From IMG/VR virus record IMGVR_UViG_3300027820_000416, positions 1 to 28,347 of that record: a stretch of DNA of 28,347 nucleotides; one strand, given 5' to 3'. A program made the position numbers and the translations under genes. The notes beneath the pieces are model-generated. The model was not told where the DNA came from. It did no database searches and saw nothing but the letters and a program-made list of their open reading frames with translations. Source of the DNA: a virus. Taxonomy: Duplodnaviria > Caudoviricetes. Below are positions 1-9,724 of this stretch, piece by piece; the first letter of the stretch is position 1, and every line of letters starts with the position of its first letter.

Positions 1-50
1 GCCACTATTGTTGGTAGTGTGAATGAATGATCAGTGCGGTGGGGACAATC

Positions 51-2129
51 ATGACGAGTGCCGACCGTGGGGCTGAGGCTCGGCGGCGGTGGAACCGTGA
101 GCGGACCGCTGAAGCACAAGAGATTGGTGAGATTCCTTTGCCGCAGGATCCCGACCGTCGGGCTGCGGCGATTGCCGATTATGGGTTCTTTTGCCGGACC
201 TACTTTTCCGCTGCGTTCACACTGCCTTGGTCTCCGTTTCACGAGAAGGCGGCCGACAAAATCAACAAGGCCGTGAAGTCGGGCGGGGTGTTTGCTTTCG
301 CGATGCCGCGCGGCAGCGGCAAGACGACGATGTGCGAGTGGGCCACGCTGTGGGCGATTCTCTCCGGTCAGAGCAAATACGTGTTGTTCGTCGGGGCCAG
401 TGAGGCGACGGCTGACAAGCGTCTCAAGAGCTTGAAATCGGAACTGCGGTTCAACGATTTGTTGCTGGCGGACTTTCCGGAAGTCTGTATTCCGGTGGCT
501 CACCTGGATGGCGAAGCGCGGCGGGCTGCGGGTCAGAAGTTTCGCGGGGAGCCGACCAACATCGAGTGGACGCAAAAGCGGGTGGTCTTGGCCACGATCC
601 AGATTGATCAATGCCTGGCGTCCGGATCTGTGATCGAGGTGATCGGGATCACGGGCGATATTCGCGGCCGCAACCACAAGCTGGCGAGCGGGGAGATTGT
701 GCGACCGTCCCTGGCTGTCTGCGATGATCCGCAGACGCGGGAGTCGGCCATGTCGGTATCGCAGTCCGCCACGCGCGAAGCCACGCTGGCCGGGGATGTG
801 GCTTATCTGGCCGGCCCGGGCAAAGCGATTTCGATTCTGATGCCTTGCACGGTGATCAACCCCGGCGATATGGCGGACAAGATGCTTGACCGGTCGCTGC
901 ATCCGGAGTGGCAGGGCGAACGGACGAAGATGGTGCTCAAGTTCCCCAAGGAGGAAAAGCTTTGGGACGAGTATCGCGAGCTGCGAGAACAGAGCTTTCG
1001 CGACGACGGCAATGGATCCGAGGCGACCGAGTTTTACCGCAAACATCGAGAGCAGATGGATGCAGGTGCGGAGGTCAGTTGGCCCGAACGCTTCAACGAC
1101 GGTGAATTGTCGTCGCTGCAGCACGCGATGAACCTGCGGTTTCGCGACGAAGCGGCATTCTTCGCCGAATATCAGAACGAACCGTTGGCCACGTTGGACG
1201 AAGAGGATGAGGATCTGCTGACGGCTGATCAGATTGCGGTGAAGACGAATGGGATCAACCATCGGCTTGTGCCGCACGATTGCAGCCATCTGACAGCATT
1301 CATCGACGTGCAGCAAAAGCTGCTCTATTTCGTCGTGATTGCCTGGACCGAGAACTTTACCGGGCACGTGATCGATTACGGCTGTTGGCCGGATCAGAAG
1401 CGGCGGCAGTTTACGCTGCGGGATGCCAAGATTTCGTTGGCGATGAAGTTTCCCAAGGCCGGGTTTGAGGGGTCGATCTACGGTGGGCTGGAAAAGCTGA
1501 CCGATGAACTGCTGGGGGGTGAGTGGCGTCGGGATGATGGGGCCGTGGTGAATGTCGATCGCTGCATGATCGACGCCAACTGGGGCCGTTCGACCGACGT
1601 GGTCTACCAGTTTTGCCGGCAGAGTGCTCACAGCGCGGTCCTGACTCCTTCCCATGGGAAATTTGTGGGAGCGGCCTCGATTCCCTTCTCGGACTACAAG
1701 CGGAAGCCGGGGGAGCGGGTGGGGCACAACTGGCGGATTCCCAACGTGCGCGGCAAACGGGCCGTGCGGCACGTGGTCTATGACACGAACTACTGGAAAA
1801 GCTTCATCCAAGCCCGGTTGTCCGTGTCGATGGGGGACCGGGGCTGTCTGTCGCTCTACGGTCGCAAGCCGCACAGACTGTTTGCGAGTCATTTGGTTGC
1901 CGAATATCGCGTTCGCACCGAGGGGCGGGGTCGGACGGTGGATGAGTGGAAGCATCGCCCCGAGCGACCGGACAACCACTGGTTGGATTGTGTCGTGGGC
2001 TGCGCGGTGGGGGCTTCGATGCAGGGGGTGACTCTGCAGGAAACCGAGGTGACGGCTCCGCAGCCGAAGAAATCACGGACGCGGATGTCGATGGCCGAGC
2101 GGCGAGCTAGGAAGCGAGGTGTGGTGTGA
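51..2129 (+). CDS. Phage terminase large subunit (GpA-like)
   Basis: Walker A MPRGSGKT, Walker B LAVCDD, C-terminal nuclease region (FIDVQ, DNHWLDC); upstream of portal. Start ATG 51 or 27. Confidence 0.88.
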   Translation: MTSADRGAEARRRWNRERTAEAQEIGEIPLPQDPDRRAAAIADYGFFCRTYFSAAFTLPWSPFHEKAADKINKAVKSGGVFAFAMPRGSGKTTMCEWATLWAILSGQSKYVLFVGASEATADKRLKSLKSELRFNDLLLADFPEVCIPVAHLDGEARRAAGQKFRGEPTNIEWTQKRVVLATIQIDQCLASGSVIEVIGITGDIRGRNHKLASGEIVRPSLAVCDDPQTRESAMSVSQSATREATLAGDVAYLAGPGKAISILMPCTVINPGDMADKMLDRSLHPEWQGERTKMVLKFPKEEKLWDEYRELREQSFRDDGNGSEATEFYRKHREQMDAGAEVSWPERFNDGELSSLQHAMNLRFRDEAAFFAEYQNEPLATLDEEDEDLLTADQIAVKTNGINHRLVPHDCSHLTAFIDVQQKLLYFVVIAWTENFTGHVIDYGCWPDQKRRQFTLRDAKISLAMKFPKAGFEGSIYGGLEKLTDELLGGEWRRDDGAVVNVDRCMIDANWGRSTDVVYQFCRQSAHSAVLTPSHGKFVGAASIPFSDYKRKPGERVGHNWRIPNVRGKRAVRHVVYDTNYWKSFIQARLSVSMGDRGCLSLYGRKPHRLFASHLVAEYRVRTEGRGRTVDEWKHRPERPDNHWLDCVVGCAVGASMQGVTLQETEVTAPQPKKSRTRMSMAERRARKRGVV

Positions 2130-2131
2130 TC

Positions 2132-2311
2132 ATGGCTGATGAAAAACCACAAGAAGACCTGAGCTTGCTCTGCCCGAAATGCGGATGTCCTCAGTCGCAT
2201 GTGCGCGATACGCGCAATGGCAGACTCAAAGGTCGCATCGTGCGATATCGGGTCTGCGACAACTGCGAAAACACGTTTCGGACGGTCGAAACGGTCGCTC
2301 AAGAGGGGTGA
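2132..2311 (+). CDS. Ogr/Delta-like zinc-ribbon protein (possible late transcription activator)
   Basis: CPKC...RYRVCDNC..TFRTVE pattern; directly follows the terminase stop. Confidence 0.65.
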   Translation: MADEKPQEDLSLLCPKCGCPQSHVRDTRNGRLKGRIVRYRVCDNCENTFRTVETVAQEG

Positions 2312-2328
2312 CGTCTACCGGTAGACGT
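2311..2328. promoter_or_regulatory. Perfect 18-bp palindrome ACGTCTACCGGTAGACGT, putative operator upstream of head genes
   Basis: Exact inverted symmetry in the intergenic gap before the gpW-like/portal genes. Confidence 0.55.
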
Positions 2329-2421
2329 TGATTTGGAAATCCGCTCGCAAAATCGCTTGAGTCATCTTGTTGCCCCGTTGTTCGTGCGTAAATTTAAGCA
2401 CACGAACACGCGAGGTGAGTG

Positions 2422-2616
2422 ATGACCGACATTTCCGACAGCATTCAAGAGAACGCGACCGCACCGAAAAAGATGTCGGTGGACGGTGCGTCGGCTGAGC
2501 AGCATCCGCTCAAAGATCAGATCGAAGCGGACCAATATCTCAAGGCCGAACAGGCTGCCTCCACCGCGCGACGGGGCCTGAGCTTCTCGCGATTCCGCCA
2601 TCAAGGGACCGTCTGA
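2422..2616 (+). CDS. Head completion protein (lambda gpW-like)
   Basis: About 64 aa between terminase and portal, RBS GAGGTG, stop overlaps portal ATG; assignment by synteny. Confidence 0.6.
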   Translation: MTDISDSIQENATAPKKMSVDGASAEQHPLKDQIEADQYLKAEQAASTARRGLSFSRFRHQGTV

Positions 2617-4160
2617 TGTTTTTCCTGGGTCTGAACAAATTGTTCTCTCGCAGCACGCCTAAACCGGTGGCCGGGCGGACGATGCGTTTGACCAAACGGG
2701 ACATCACCGCTGCCTATGATGCGGCACAAACGACCGAATACAACGCGCGGCACTGGCGAAACGCGGATAATCTTTCAGCAGACAATGCCAACAACCCTCT
2801 GGTCCGCCAGAACCTGAGAAACCGCTCCCGTTACGAGGTGCACGAAGCCAATAGCATCGCGCGGGGAATCGTCTCCACGCTCACCAACGACACGATTGGA
2901 ACCGGTCCTCGGCTGCAGGTGCTGACGGACAACAATACCGTCAATTCTCAGGTTGAGGCGGAGTTTGCTCGCTGGATGCGGGCCACGCGGCTGGCTGAGA
3001 AATTGCGGACAATGCGGACGGCCAAGACCGTGGACGGGGAATCGTTCGGCTTGCTGAAGACCAATCGACGGCTGGCGTTGCCGGTCAAATTGGACCTGCA
3101 GGTGATCGAAGCCGATCAGATTTCTTCGCCGCGAATGTGGTATGAAGACGAAACGCAGATCGACGGAATGCTGCTGGATGAGATGGGCAACCCCATCGAA
3201 TATCACATGCTGCATGCCCACCCGGGCGGACCGCAGATGGGCCGGTCGTCGATGGATTTCAACACCATCGATGCCAGCCAAATGCTGCATATCTTTCGCA
3301 GCGACCGTCCCGGCCAGCATCGCGGCATTCCGGAAGTGACCACGGCCTTGCCGCTGTTCGCGATGTGTCGCGATTACACGCTGGCCGTGCTGAGTTCCGC
3401 GAAGACGGCTGCCAAATTCACGATTCTGCTGGAAACAATCGCGTCGGCCCTGACCGAAGATGGAAACAGCCTCGATCCGGACGTCGATCCGTTTGACGCG
3501 GTGGATATTGACTATGACATGATGGTCGCGTTGCCCAAAGGTTGGCAGGCCAAGCAAATGCGGGCCGAACAACCGACGACGACCTATGAGATGTTTCGCA
3601 ATGCGATTATCAACGAGATTGCGCGTTGCCTCAACATGCCGTTCAACATCGCGGCGGGGAATTCTTCGGCCTACAACTACGCGTCCGGTCGTCTCGATCA
3701 TCAGATGTACTTCAAATCGATCGACGTCGAGCGTTCGCAGTGGGAATGCAACGTTCTCGACCGAATCCTGATGGCCTGGTTCGATGAGGCGATGTGGATT
3801 CGCGGACTGCTCCCCGATGGGCTGGGAATGTTCGCCGAACTGCCGCACACGTGGGTCTGGGACGGTCGCGAGCATGTCGATCCGGTCAAAGAAGCCAACG
3901 CACAGGCCACGAAACTAGCCAATAAAACCACGACCTTGGCGGCTGAGTACGCTCAAAAGGGGCAAGATTGGCAGGAAGAAATCCGCCAACTCTACAAGGA
4001 AAAAGCGTTCCAGAAACAGATGGAAGAAGAGTACGGCGTCACGTTGGATGGTGGCAGTGCTCCCGCGATTGAACAACAGACCGAAGAGGATCCGGAAGAT
4101 CCCGAGGAAACTGATGACGAAGAAACAGAAGAAACAACTGAGGCGGCAGCGGCGGCTTAA
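2616..4160 (+). CDS. Phage portal protein, lambda family
   Basis: AAYDAA, LRNRSRYE..N, RPGQHRGIP, NYASGRLD, HVDPVKEA motifs typical of lambda-type portals. Confidence 0.92.
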   Translation: MFFLGLNKLFSRSTPKPVAGRTMRLTKRDITAAYDAAQTTEYNARHWRNADNLSADNANNPLVRQNLRNRSRYEVHEANSIARGIVSTLTNDTIGTGPRLQVLTDNNTVNSQVEAEFARWMRATRLAEKLRTMRTAKTVDGESFGLLKTNRRLALPVKLDLQVIEADQISSPRMWYEDETQIDGMLLDEMGNPIEYHMLHAHPGGPQMGRSSMDFNTIDASQMLHIFRSDRPGQHRGIPEVTTALPLFAMCRDYTLAVLSSAKTAAKFTILLETIASALTEDGNSLDPDVDPFDAVDIDYDMMVALPKGWQAKQMRAEQPTTTYEMFRNAIINEIARCLNMPFNIAAGNSSAYNYASGRLDHQMYFKSIDVERSQWECNVLDRILMAWFDEAMWIRGLLPDGLGMFAELPHTWVWDGREHVDPVKEANAQATKLANKTTTLAAEYAQKGQDWQEEIRQLYKEKAFQKQMEEEYGVTLDGGSAPAIEQQTEEDPEDPEETDDEETEETTEAAAAA

Positions 4161-6339
4161 AAAGCGAGAAGCTTACCGCAGCCTGCGATGTAACGACGAT
4201 TCGAGCCTGATCGAATTCGACAGCGTGCCCGTTGCCATCGAAGCCGCTGAAGCGAGTGGAGAAGGTGAGGAAAAACGCGTTCCCACGTTCAACATGTTGG
4301 CCTATTCAGGCGGGTTGATGCGGGTGTCGCGGTTTCCCGATCCGGTGGTCGTGGAACTGTCGGGGATCGATTACTCCTCACAACCGGTTTCGATTCTGCG
4401 GAGTCACAACGAATCCCAGGGCGTGGGGCATCCCACACAAATCTCGATCACTGCCGAGGGGTTGCGCGTTGGTGGGACGATCAGTTTCGACAACCAGCAC
4501 ACTCAGGAAATTATCAAAGCGAGCAAGAACAACTTTCAGTGGCAAGCGTCGATAGGCGCCACGCCTTTGGAATACCGCAAGGTCCGCAGCGGGGAAACGA
4601 TTCGGGCGAACGGACGAACGTTCCAAGGCCCGTTGATTTACGTGATGAAAGCACGACTGCGGGAAGTGAGTTTCGTCACCATTGGTGCAGATCACAACAC
4701 ATCGGTCCAAGTAGCGGCCGAGCTTCATTCGAGGGAAATTGACATGAAATTTAATGAATGGCTCACGGCCAAGGGATTTGACTCAGCAGACCTGTCCGAT
4801 GCTCAGCTTTCCAGTCTGCAGGCGATGTACGATGCCGAGCAAAAGGTTGAGCAGGGGGGCGAAACTCCTCCGGTCGAAGCCAGTGGGGGAGCCTCCACCT
4901 CTACGGCCACCGCCACCGAGACGATTGAAGCTCCCGATATCGCTGCCAAGTTGCGGGCTGAAACGGCGGCTGAGTTGGAACGGCAGGAGAAGATCACCGA
5001 GATCTGCGCTAGTTACGACAATCCGTCGATGAAGATTAACGGTAAGGACGAATCGATCCGCGCCATGGCCATCCGCGACGGTTGGACCACGGACCGGACC
5101 GAGTTGGAAGCGTTGCGGGAATCGCGGCCCAAGGCGACTGCCGGGCATGTGGGCAGCCACGCGGGCAGCTGCACGATTGAAGCCATGCAGGGAGCCATGA
5201 TGCTCCGTGCGGGTCTGCGGCTAGACGATGAAGCCTGGCAGTCTGCCGAAGCTCACTCGATGGAGGTGCCGGGGTGGTTGCGGGCCGGGATCAACGATGA
5301 GCAGAAACAACGGGCGATGGAGTATGCTCACCGCTACTCGGACATGTCGCTAGTTGACGTCTGCGCGGAAGCCGTGCGGATGGACGGCAATATGGTTCCC
5401 AGCGGGCGACTCAAGATGATCGAAGCGGCATTCTCCGGATCGACGCTGACGAACATCTTCACGACGAACGTCAATACTCAGGTTCTCAAAACCTATATGG
5501 AGGCTGGCGATTCTACTCAGGGATGGACCAAAACAACCGACGTGGCCGACTTCAAAATCAACGAACGTCCCCGTATGACCAAGGGGCCGGATTTGGATCG
5601 GCTTCCGCCCGGCGGAACTGCCGACGATGCATCTCGGTCCGACATCGGCGAGAGCTATAAGATCGCTCGCTATGCGAAAAAATACAGCATCGATGAGCAG
5701 GATGTGATCAATGATCGCTACAACGCGTTGGCGGACACGCCCATCGAAATGGGATTGGCAGCCAATCGGTTGCGTCCCGACTTGGTCTACTCGATCCTGC
5801 TGGCCAATGCGGCCTTGGCGGACGGTGTGACGTTGTTCCACGCGAATCACGGCAACCTCGATACGTCTTCAGGCTTGGCCGATGCCACTTTGCGGGCGGC
5901 GATCACCGCGATTGCCGTGCAGCAAGAGAACGGCGTCAACTTGAATCTGCGGGCTTCGCATTTGATCGTCCCGTCCGATCTTAAGTTCACCGCTTCGCAA
6001 TTGATCCATTCGTCCGAGGTGCGGGGGGCGACCGGACAGATCGGAACCCGCAACCCGCTGCAGGACGAAAACCTGACGATGGTCAGTGATTCGCGGCTGT
6101 CGAACGGTGTGACCGATCCCGCCACGGGAACGGCTCACTCCGGATCGGTCTCGACCTGGTTCCTGGCGGCGGCGATGGCCCACACGATTGAAGTGGCCTA
6201 TCTGCGGGGAACGGGACGGGCACCGCGCGTGCGTCGGTTCAACCTGGACAAAGGCCAATTTGGCATCGGCTGGGACGTCAGCATGGACATCGGGGCCAAG
6301 TCACTCGACTACCGCGGTCTCCACAAATCCACCGCATAA
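4114..6339 (+). CDS. Fused prohead protease/scaffold - major capsid protein
   Basis: N-terminal protease-like region (AYSGG, WQASIG, LREVSFVTIGAD); C-terminal capsid region (SIDEQDVIND, HLIVP, WFL, IEVAYLRG, DYRGLHKS). Start ATG 4114 with GAGG RBS; start uncertain. Confidence 0.85.
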   Translation: MTKKQKKQLRRQRRLKKREAYRSLRCNDDSSLIEFDSVPVAIEAAEASGEGEEKRVPTFNMLAYSGGLMRVSRFPDPVVVELSGIDYSSQPVSILRSHNESQGVGHPTQISITAEGLRVGGTISFDNQHTQEIIKASKNNFQWQASIGATPLEYRKVRSGETIRANGRTFQGPLIYVMKARLREVSFVTIGADHNTSVQVAAELHSREIDMKFNEWLTAKGFDSADLSDAQLSSLQAMYDAEQKVEQGGETPPVEASGGASTSTATATETIEAPDIAAKLRAETAAELERQEKITEICASYDNPSMKINGKDESIRAMAIRDGWTTDRTELEALRESRPKATAGHVGSHAGSCTIEAMQGAMMLRAGLRLDDEAWQSAEAHSMEVPGWLRAGINDEQKQRAMEYAHRYSDMSLVDVCAEAVRMDGNMVPSGRLKMIEAAFSGSTLTNIFTTNVNTQVLKTYMEAGDSTQGWTKTTDVADFKINERPRMTKGPDLDRLPPGGTADDASRSDIGESYKIARYAKKYSIDEQDVINDRYNALADTPIEMGLAANRLRPDLVYSILLANAALADGVTLFHANHGNLDTSSGLADATLRAAITAIAVQQENGVNLNLRASHLIVPSDLKFTASQLIHSSEVRGATGQIGTRNPLQDENLTMVSDSRLSNGVTDPATGTAHSGSVSTWFLAAAMAHTIEVAYLRGTGRAPRVRRFNLDKGQFGIGWDVSMDIGAKSLDYRGLHKSTA

Positions 6340-6399
6340 GCGGTGGTGGTGGTCGTCGGACTGGTTCATTTGCAATTTTCATAAACACGAGGCTGAACA

Positions 6400-6621
6400 A
6401 TGGCCAAAGCCAAAAAACGGTATTACACGACGAAGGACATCGTCATCGACGGCGTCCCCTTTGCGGCGGGTGCCGAGCTTGTCGATGTCCCGGACGGGTG
6501 TCTTGAGAGCATGCTCCGTCTGAAGCAAGCGACGGAGGTTCCGCCCGAGGAATGGGAGGGAGATCCCGAACCGTCCGAGGGTGAGCAGGAAACGGCGGAC
6601 GCGGGCAACGACGCGAAGTAA
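6400..6621 (+). CDS. Small head-associated hypothetical protein
   Basis: RBS GAGG, 73 aa, directly after the capsid gene. Confidence 0.6.
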   Translation: MAKAKKRYYTTKDIVIDGVPFAAGAELVDVPDGCLESMLRLKQATEVPPEEWEGDPEPSEGEQETADAGNDAK

Positions 6622-6679
6622 ACCACAACCAACGCGGCCACGGCTGACGTTGAATCACACAATCACGGGAGTTTGAGAC

Positions 6680-7030
6680 ATGACGGCTGAAGCACTTTAT
6701 CTGGGAACGGATGACGAACAGGTCATCACCGCAGCTGCCGCCCTCAACGGTGGAGACATCGTCGATCTGGGTGACGGTCGGGCCGGTGTCGTCCAGGGTT
6801 TGGGATCCTACGCCATCGGTGACAAAGTCAAAGTTGCCACCAAGGGACGGTTCCGCGTATTGGCGGCCACGGGAACGACGTTCACCGTGGGAGCCGTTGT
6901 CGATTGGGACGACACGAACAAGCTGGCGGTCGCTGACGGCGACTTCAACATCGGGCGGGCGGAATTCGCGAAAGGTTCGGGTCCGCTTTATGTCGATGTG
7001 CTGCTGAATGATCGGGCGACCACGACGTAA
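6680..7030 (+). CDS. DUF2190-like capsid cement/decoration protein
   Basis: About 115 aa Gly/Ala-rich beta protein (GDIV, G.F, VGAVVDWD, V.VLLN) after lambda-type capsid gene. Confidence 0.7.
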   Translation: MTAEALYLGTDDEQVITAAAALNGGDIVDLGDGRAGVVQGLGSYAIGDKVKVATKGRFRVLAATGTTFTVGAVVDWDDTNKLAVADGDFNIGRAEFAKGSGPLYVDVLLNDRATTT

Positions 7031-7095
7031 GTCTGAGTCGTCCATCTGACGTCGGTGTTTTCCATTTTACGAATCAATATTGATTGGATGAGCAA

Positions 7096-7302
7096 ATGTC
7101 GAAGCGACAAGACGCGGCGCGGGCGGCCTTGGTGAAGGGATGCCGGACAGTCGCAAAAAATAAAGGTCCACGGGCGATGGTTTCGGTCCGGGCTGCCGAC
7201 GTGGTGTTGGCATTGACCGGCGAGGAGGTCGTTGAAGACGTCGAGGATCTCGAAAAGGAATTTGCGGTCGAGGCTGACGGTAAGCCGGTCGAGACCGAGT
7301 AA
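7096..7302 (+). CDS. Hypothetical phage protein
   Basis: Fills the gap in the structural operon; ATG 7096. Confidence 0.5.
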   Translation: MSKRQDAARAALVKGCRTVAKNKGPRAMVSVRAADVVLALTGEEVVEDVEDLEKEFAVEADGKPVETE

Positions 7303-7307
7303 CTCTC

Positions 7308-7694
7308 ATGGCGAATCTGTTGAAAACCGGGGCCGACTGGTTGGCCGGCCAATTGGAAGACCACGCATCTGAAGTCGTGGAATATGTGCGTGGGACCGCC
7401 GTCTGCAGTCTCAAGGCAGCGCGCGGGTCGTCTGATTTTGAATCGCTGGACGAGTTCGGCGGTGCCGTGTTGATTCGGTCGGTTGACTTTTTGGTTCGGC
7501 GGTCTCGGTTGGATCTCGGTGAGGGTGAAACGGAGCCTGCCGTGGGAGATTTGGTGATTGTCTGTGAAGGACAAAAAACCGTGACCTACGAAGTCACTCC
7601 GTTCGGACCGAACCAACAGCACTTCCGTCCGTCAGATCAAAACAGACAGATGTGGCGGATACATACGCAGCGGGTGATTGTGGCGGGTGGCTGA
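7308..7694 (+). CDS. Head-tail joining protein (gpFII-like)
   Basis: 128 aa, EP.VGD.I motif; position in neck module. Confidence 0.6.
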   Translation: MANLLKTGADWLAGQLEDHASEVVEYVRGTAVCSLKAARGSSDFESLDEFGGAVLIRSVDFLVRRSRLDLGEGETEPAVGDLVIVCEGQKTVTYEVTPFGPNQQHFRPSDQNRQMWRIHTQRVIVAGG

Positions 7695-8128
7695 TGGCGG
7701 ATTTGATCAAAGATGGAGCGGACGAAGTCGTCGCCAGAATCAATGCGGGGTCTTATTCCTATGCGGATTCCTTCACAGCCGCGAGGGCCTACGCTCCGAG
7801 TTGGGACAAAACGGAATTACAAACGGTCAAGGTTTCGGTTGTACCGAGAACGTTGGTCGTGAATTTGGAATCGCGGTCATCGGATCGCGAGTTGATTGAT
7901 ATTCAAGTGGCCGTGCAAAAAGCGGTGGATCCAGCAGCGGTCTCTGATGTTGATGCGTTGATGTTGTTGGTTGAGGAGATTCGATTGCAGCTGCGGAGGT
8001 ACATCCTACCGACAACTCCTCAACTGAATTGGACCGCCGTTGCCAACGATCCCATCTATGATCCGGCGATGCGAGAGAACCGGATTTTTACTTCTGTGCT
8101 GACTCTGACTTATGCGGCGTTTCGGTGA
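7694..8128 (+). CDS. Tail completion/terminator-like protein
   Basis: Coupled TGATG start; C-terminal FTSVLTLTY; synteny. Confidence 0.55.
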   Translation: MADLIKDGADEVVARINAGSYSYADSFTAARAYAPSWDKTELQTVKVSVVPRTLVVNLESRSSDRELIDIQVAVQKAVDPAAVSDVDALMLLVEEIRLQLRRYILPTTPQLNWTAVANDPIYDPAMRENRIFTSVLTLTYAAFR

Positions 8129-8517
8129 TCAAAACCAAGGTGACAACGCGAAGCGAGATTCCGAAGCTGCTGCGAAAGGCGCGGCGAGCGAATATCGAAA
8201 ACATTGGACATGGCGCGGCGGCGATTCGAATTACGGCGCGGCGATCAATTCGGCGACGTAAAAAAGCTTCGGCGGCGGGCAGTCCTCCCAGCACAAAAGC
8301 GGGACGTTACAAGTCGGCAATTTTGTATGCGGTGAATCGTCGGGATGGATCGGCGGTGATCGGACCCTCGGTCAAAGTCGCCGGAACGTCAGCCGCAGCG
8401 CACGAACATGGCGGACGCTACAAGGGTGACAGATTTGATCGTCGGCCTTTCATGGGTCCGGCATTGGCGGCAACGAGAGATCGGTTACCAGCCTTCTGGG
8501 CTGGCTCTGTGAAATAA
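8125..8517 (+). CDS. Virion morphogenesis/neck protein (HK97 gp10-like)
   Basis: Basic protein with HEHGG and RPFMGPAL motifs. Confidence 0.65.
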   Translation: MIKTKVTTRSEIPKLLRKARRANIENIGHGAAAIRITARRSIRRRKKASAAGSPPSTKAGRYKSAILYAVNRRDGSAVIGPSVKVAGTSAAAHEHGGRYKGDRFDRRPFMGPALAATRDRLPAFWAGSVK

Positions 8518-8529
8518 AGGAGAGTTCAA

Positions 8530-8967
8530 ATGGCTTTGATCGGACTGAATGCCAAACTGTACCGCAACACGGGCACGTATGGTTCTCCCACATGGGATGA
8601 AGTCACGAACGTGCGGGACCTGTCGACGAATCTGGAAACGGGTGAAGCGGACGGGTCCACGCGTGGTGGCGGCGGCTGGCGGCAAGTGCTGGCAACGCTC
8701 AAAGATGGGACCGTCGAGTTTGAAATGGTCTGGTCCGCTGGGGACACCGATTTTGAGGCGTTCCGGGATGCCTGGCTCAACGGCACGCTGATCGATTGTT
8801 GGGTGCTGGACGGTTCGAGTTCCACAAGCGGAAATCAGGGATTGCGGGCTGAGTTTGCCGTGTTGAATTTCACGCGAAACGAACCGCTGGAAGATGTGGT
8901 GACCGCCTCCGTCACGATCCGCCCGGGTATTTCTTCCAACGCTCCGGCTTGGGATGAAGTGGCCTAA
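8530..8967 (+). CDS. Major tail tube protein
   Basis: Strong RBS AAGGAG; 145 aa with D.STRG..GW and V.ASVTI.P motifs; precedes chaperones and tape measure. Confidence 0.8.
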   Translation: MALIGLNAKLYRNTGTYGSPTWDEVTNVRDLSTNLETGEADGSTRGGGGWRQVLATLKDGTVEFEMVWSAGDTDFEAFRDAWLNGTLIDCWVLDGSSSTSGNQGLRAEFAVLNFTRNEPLEDVVTASVTIRPGISSNAPAWDEVA

Positions 8968-9005
8968 TTAGCTTTTCAACTTTCGCAATTTGCTGAGGAA
9001 TACAC

Positions 9006-9485
9006 GTGGCGAGTTTTCAGGATGCCGGTGGGAACACGTGGGAAATCGTACTGGACGTGAACGCGGCCAAGCGCGTCCGCGATCACTTGGATCTTTCGCT
9101 GTTTGATTTGCTCGATCCCAAGAAATTCGGTCCGTGGGCCCAAGACATCATTCGCGTGGTGGACACGATCTATGTGATCGTCAAGCCGCAAGCTGATGGG
9201 AAAGGGATCACCGATGAACAGTTCGGCGCGTTGATGCTGGGGCCGGCGATCGACAAGGCGATTGATGCGTTCGTGGAAGCGATCCGGGTTTTTTTGAAAG
9301 GCCGGCGCGGTGGGGAAGCGGCGGCCGAAGCGTTCGGAATCCTGCAAAAGTCGATGGACAAGATCGAAAGCCGGATGACGGAGGAGATGCCGGACCTAAT
9401 GCAGAAATTAGAAAAGGCCGTCGACGCGCAACTGGAGAAAGTGTTTGGCAGTGGATCTACCGCTACGCCGGAATCCTCGGAATAG
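9006..9485 (+). CDS. Tail assembly chaperone (gpG-like)
   Basis: Between tail tube and tape measure; RBS GAGG before GTG start. Confidence 0.7.
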   Translation: MASFQDAGGNTWEIVLDVNAAKRVRDHLDLSLFDLLDPKKFGPWAQDIIRVVDTIYVIVKPQADGKGITDEQFGALMLGPAIDKAIDAFVEAIRVFLKGRRGGEAAAEAFGILQKSMDKIESRMTEEMPDLMQKLEKAVDAQLEKVFGSGSTATPESSE

Positions 9486-9721
9486 ATCCCGGACCATATG
9501 CGTTCTGGGAACTGGCCGAGATGGCGGACGGTCGCGAACGGTCGGAGTGGAATCGGACCTGTGCGGCAATGGCCCTCATGCTGAATCTGAAACGCAAAGA
9601 GGGTGCCCGCTTGGTCAAGGCCGAGGACTTGCACCCGATGAATCGCGATCCGTTGGTGGAGAAGGCCAAGCCGCAGGAATACGGCGACATCACGATTTTG
9701 AAGCATTTTCTGAGGAAGTAG
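9443..9721 (+). CDS. Tail assembly chaperone extension (gpT-like), probably made by -1 frameshift
   Basis: The -1 frame reads VWQWIYRYAGILGIDPGPYAFWELAEMADGR..., overlapping the gpG-like end upstream of the first ATG (9521). Confidence 0.6.
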   Translation, partial: VWQWIYRYAGILGIDPGPYAFWELAEMADGRERSEWNRTCAAMALMLNLKRKEGARLVKAEDLHPMNRDPLVEKAKPQEYGDITILKHFLRK

Positions 9722-9724
9722 GCC

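Noticed and set aside
2775-3875. 366-aa minus-strand ORF and similar long antisense ORFs in capsid, tape measure and helicase genes
   Set aside because: Shadow ORFs of GC-rich coding sequence opposite well-supported genes.
6187-6199. Gapped match of unit 5 (AT.GA.GT.GC.T) to the capsid IEVAY codons
   Set aside because: Only about 9 matched bases; expected by chance in a window this size.
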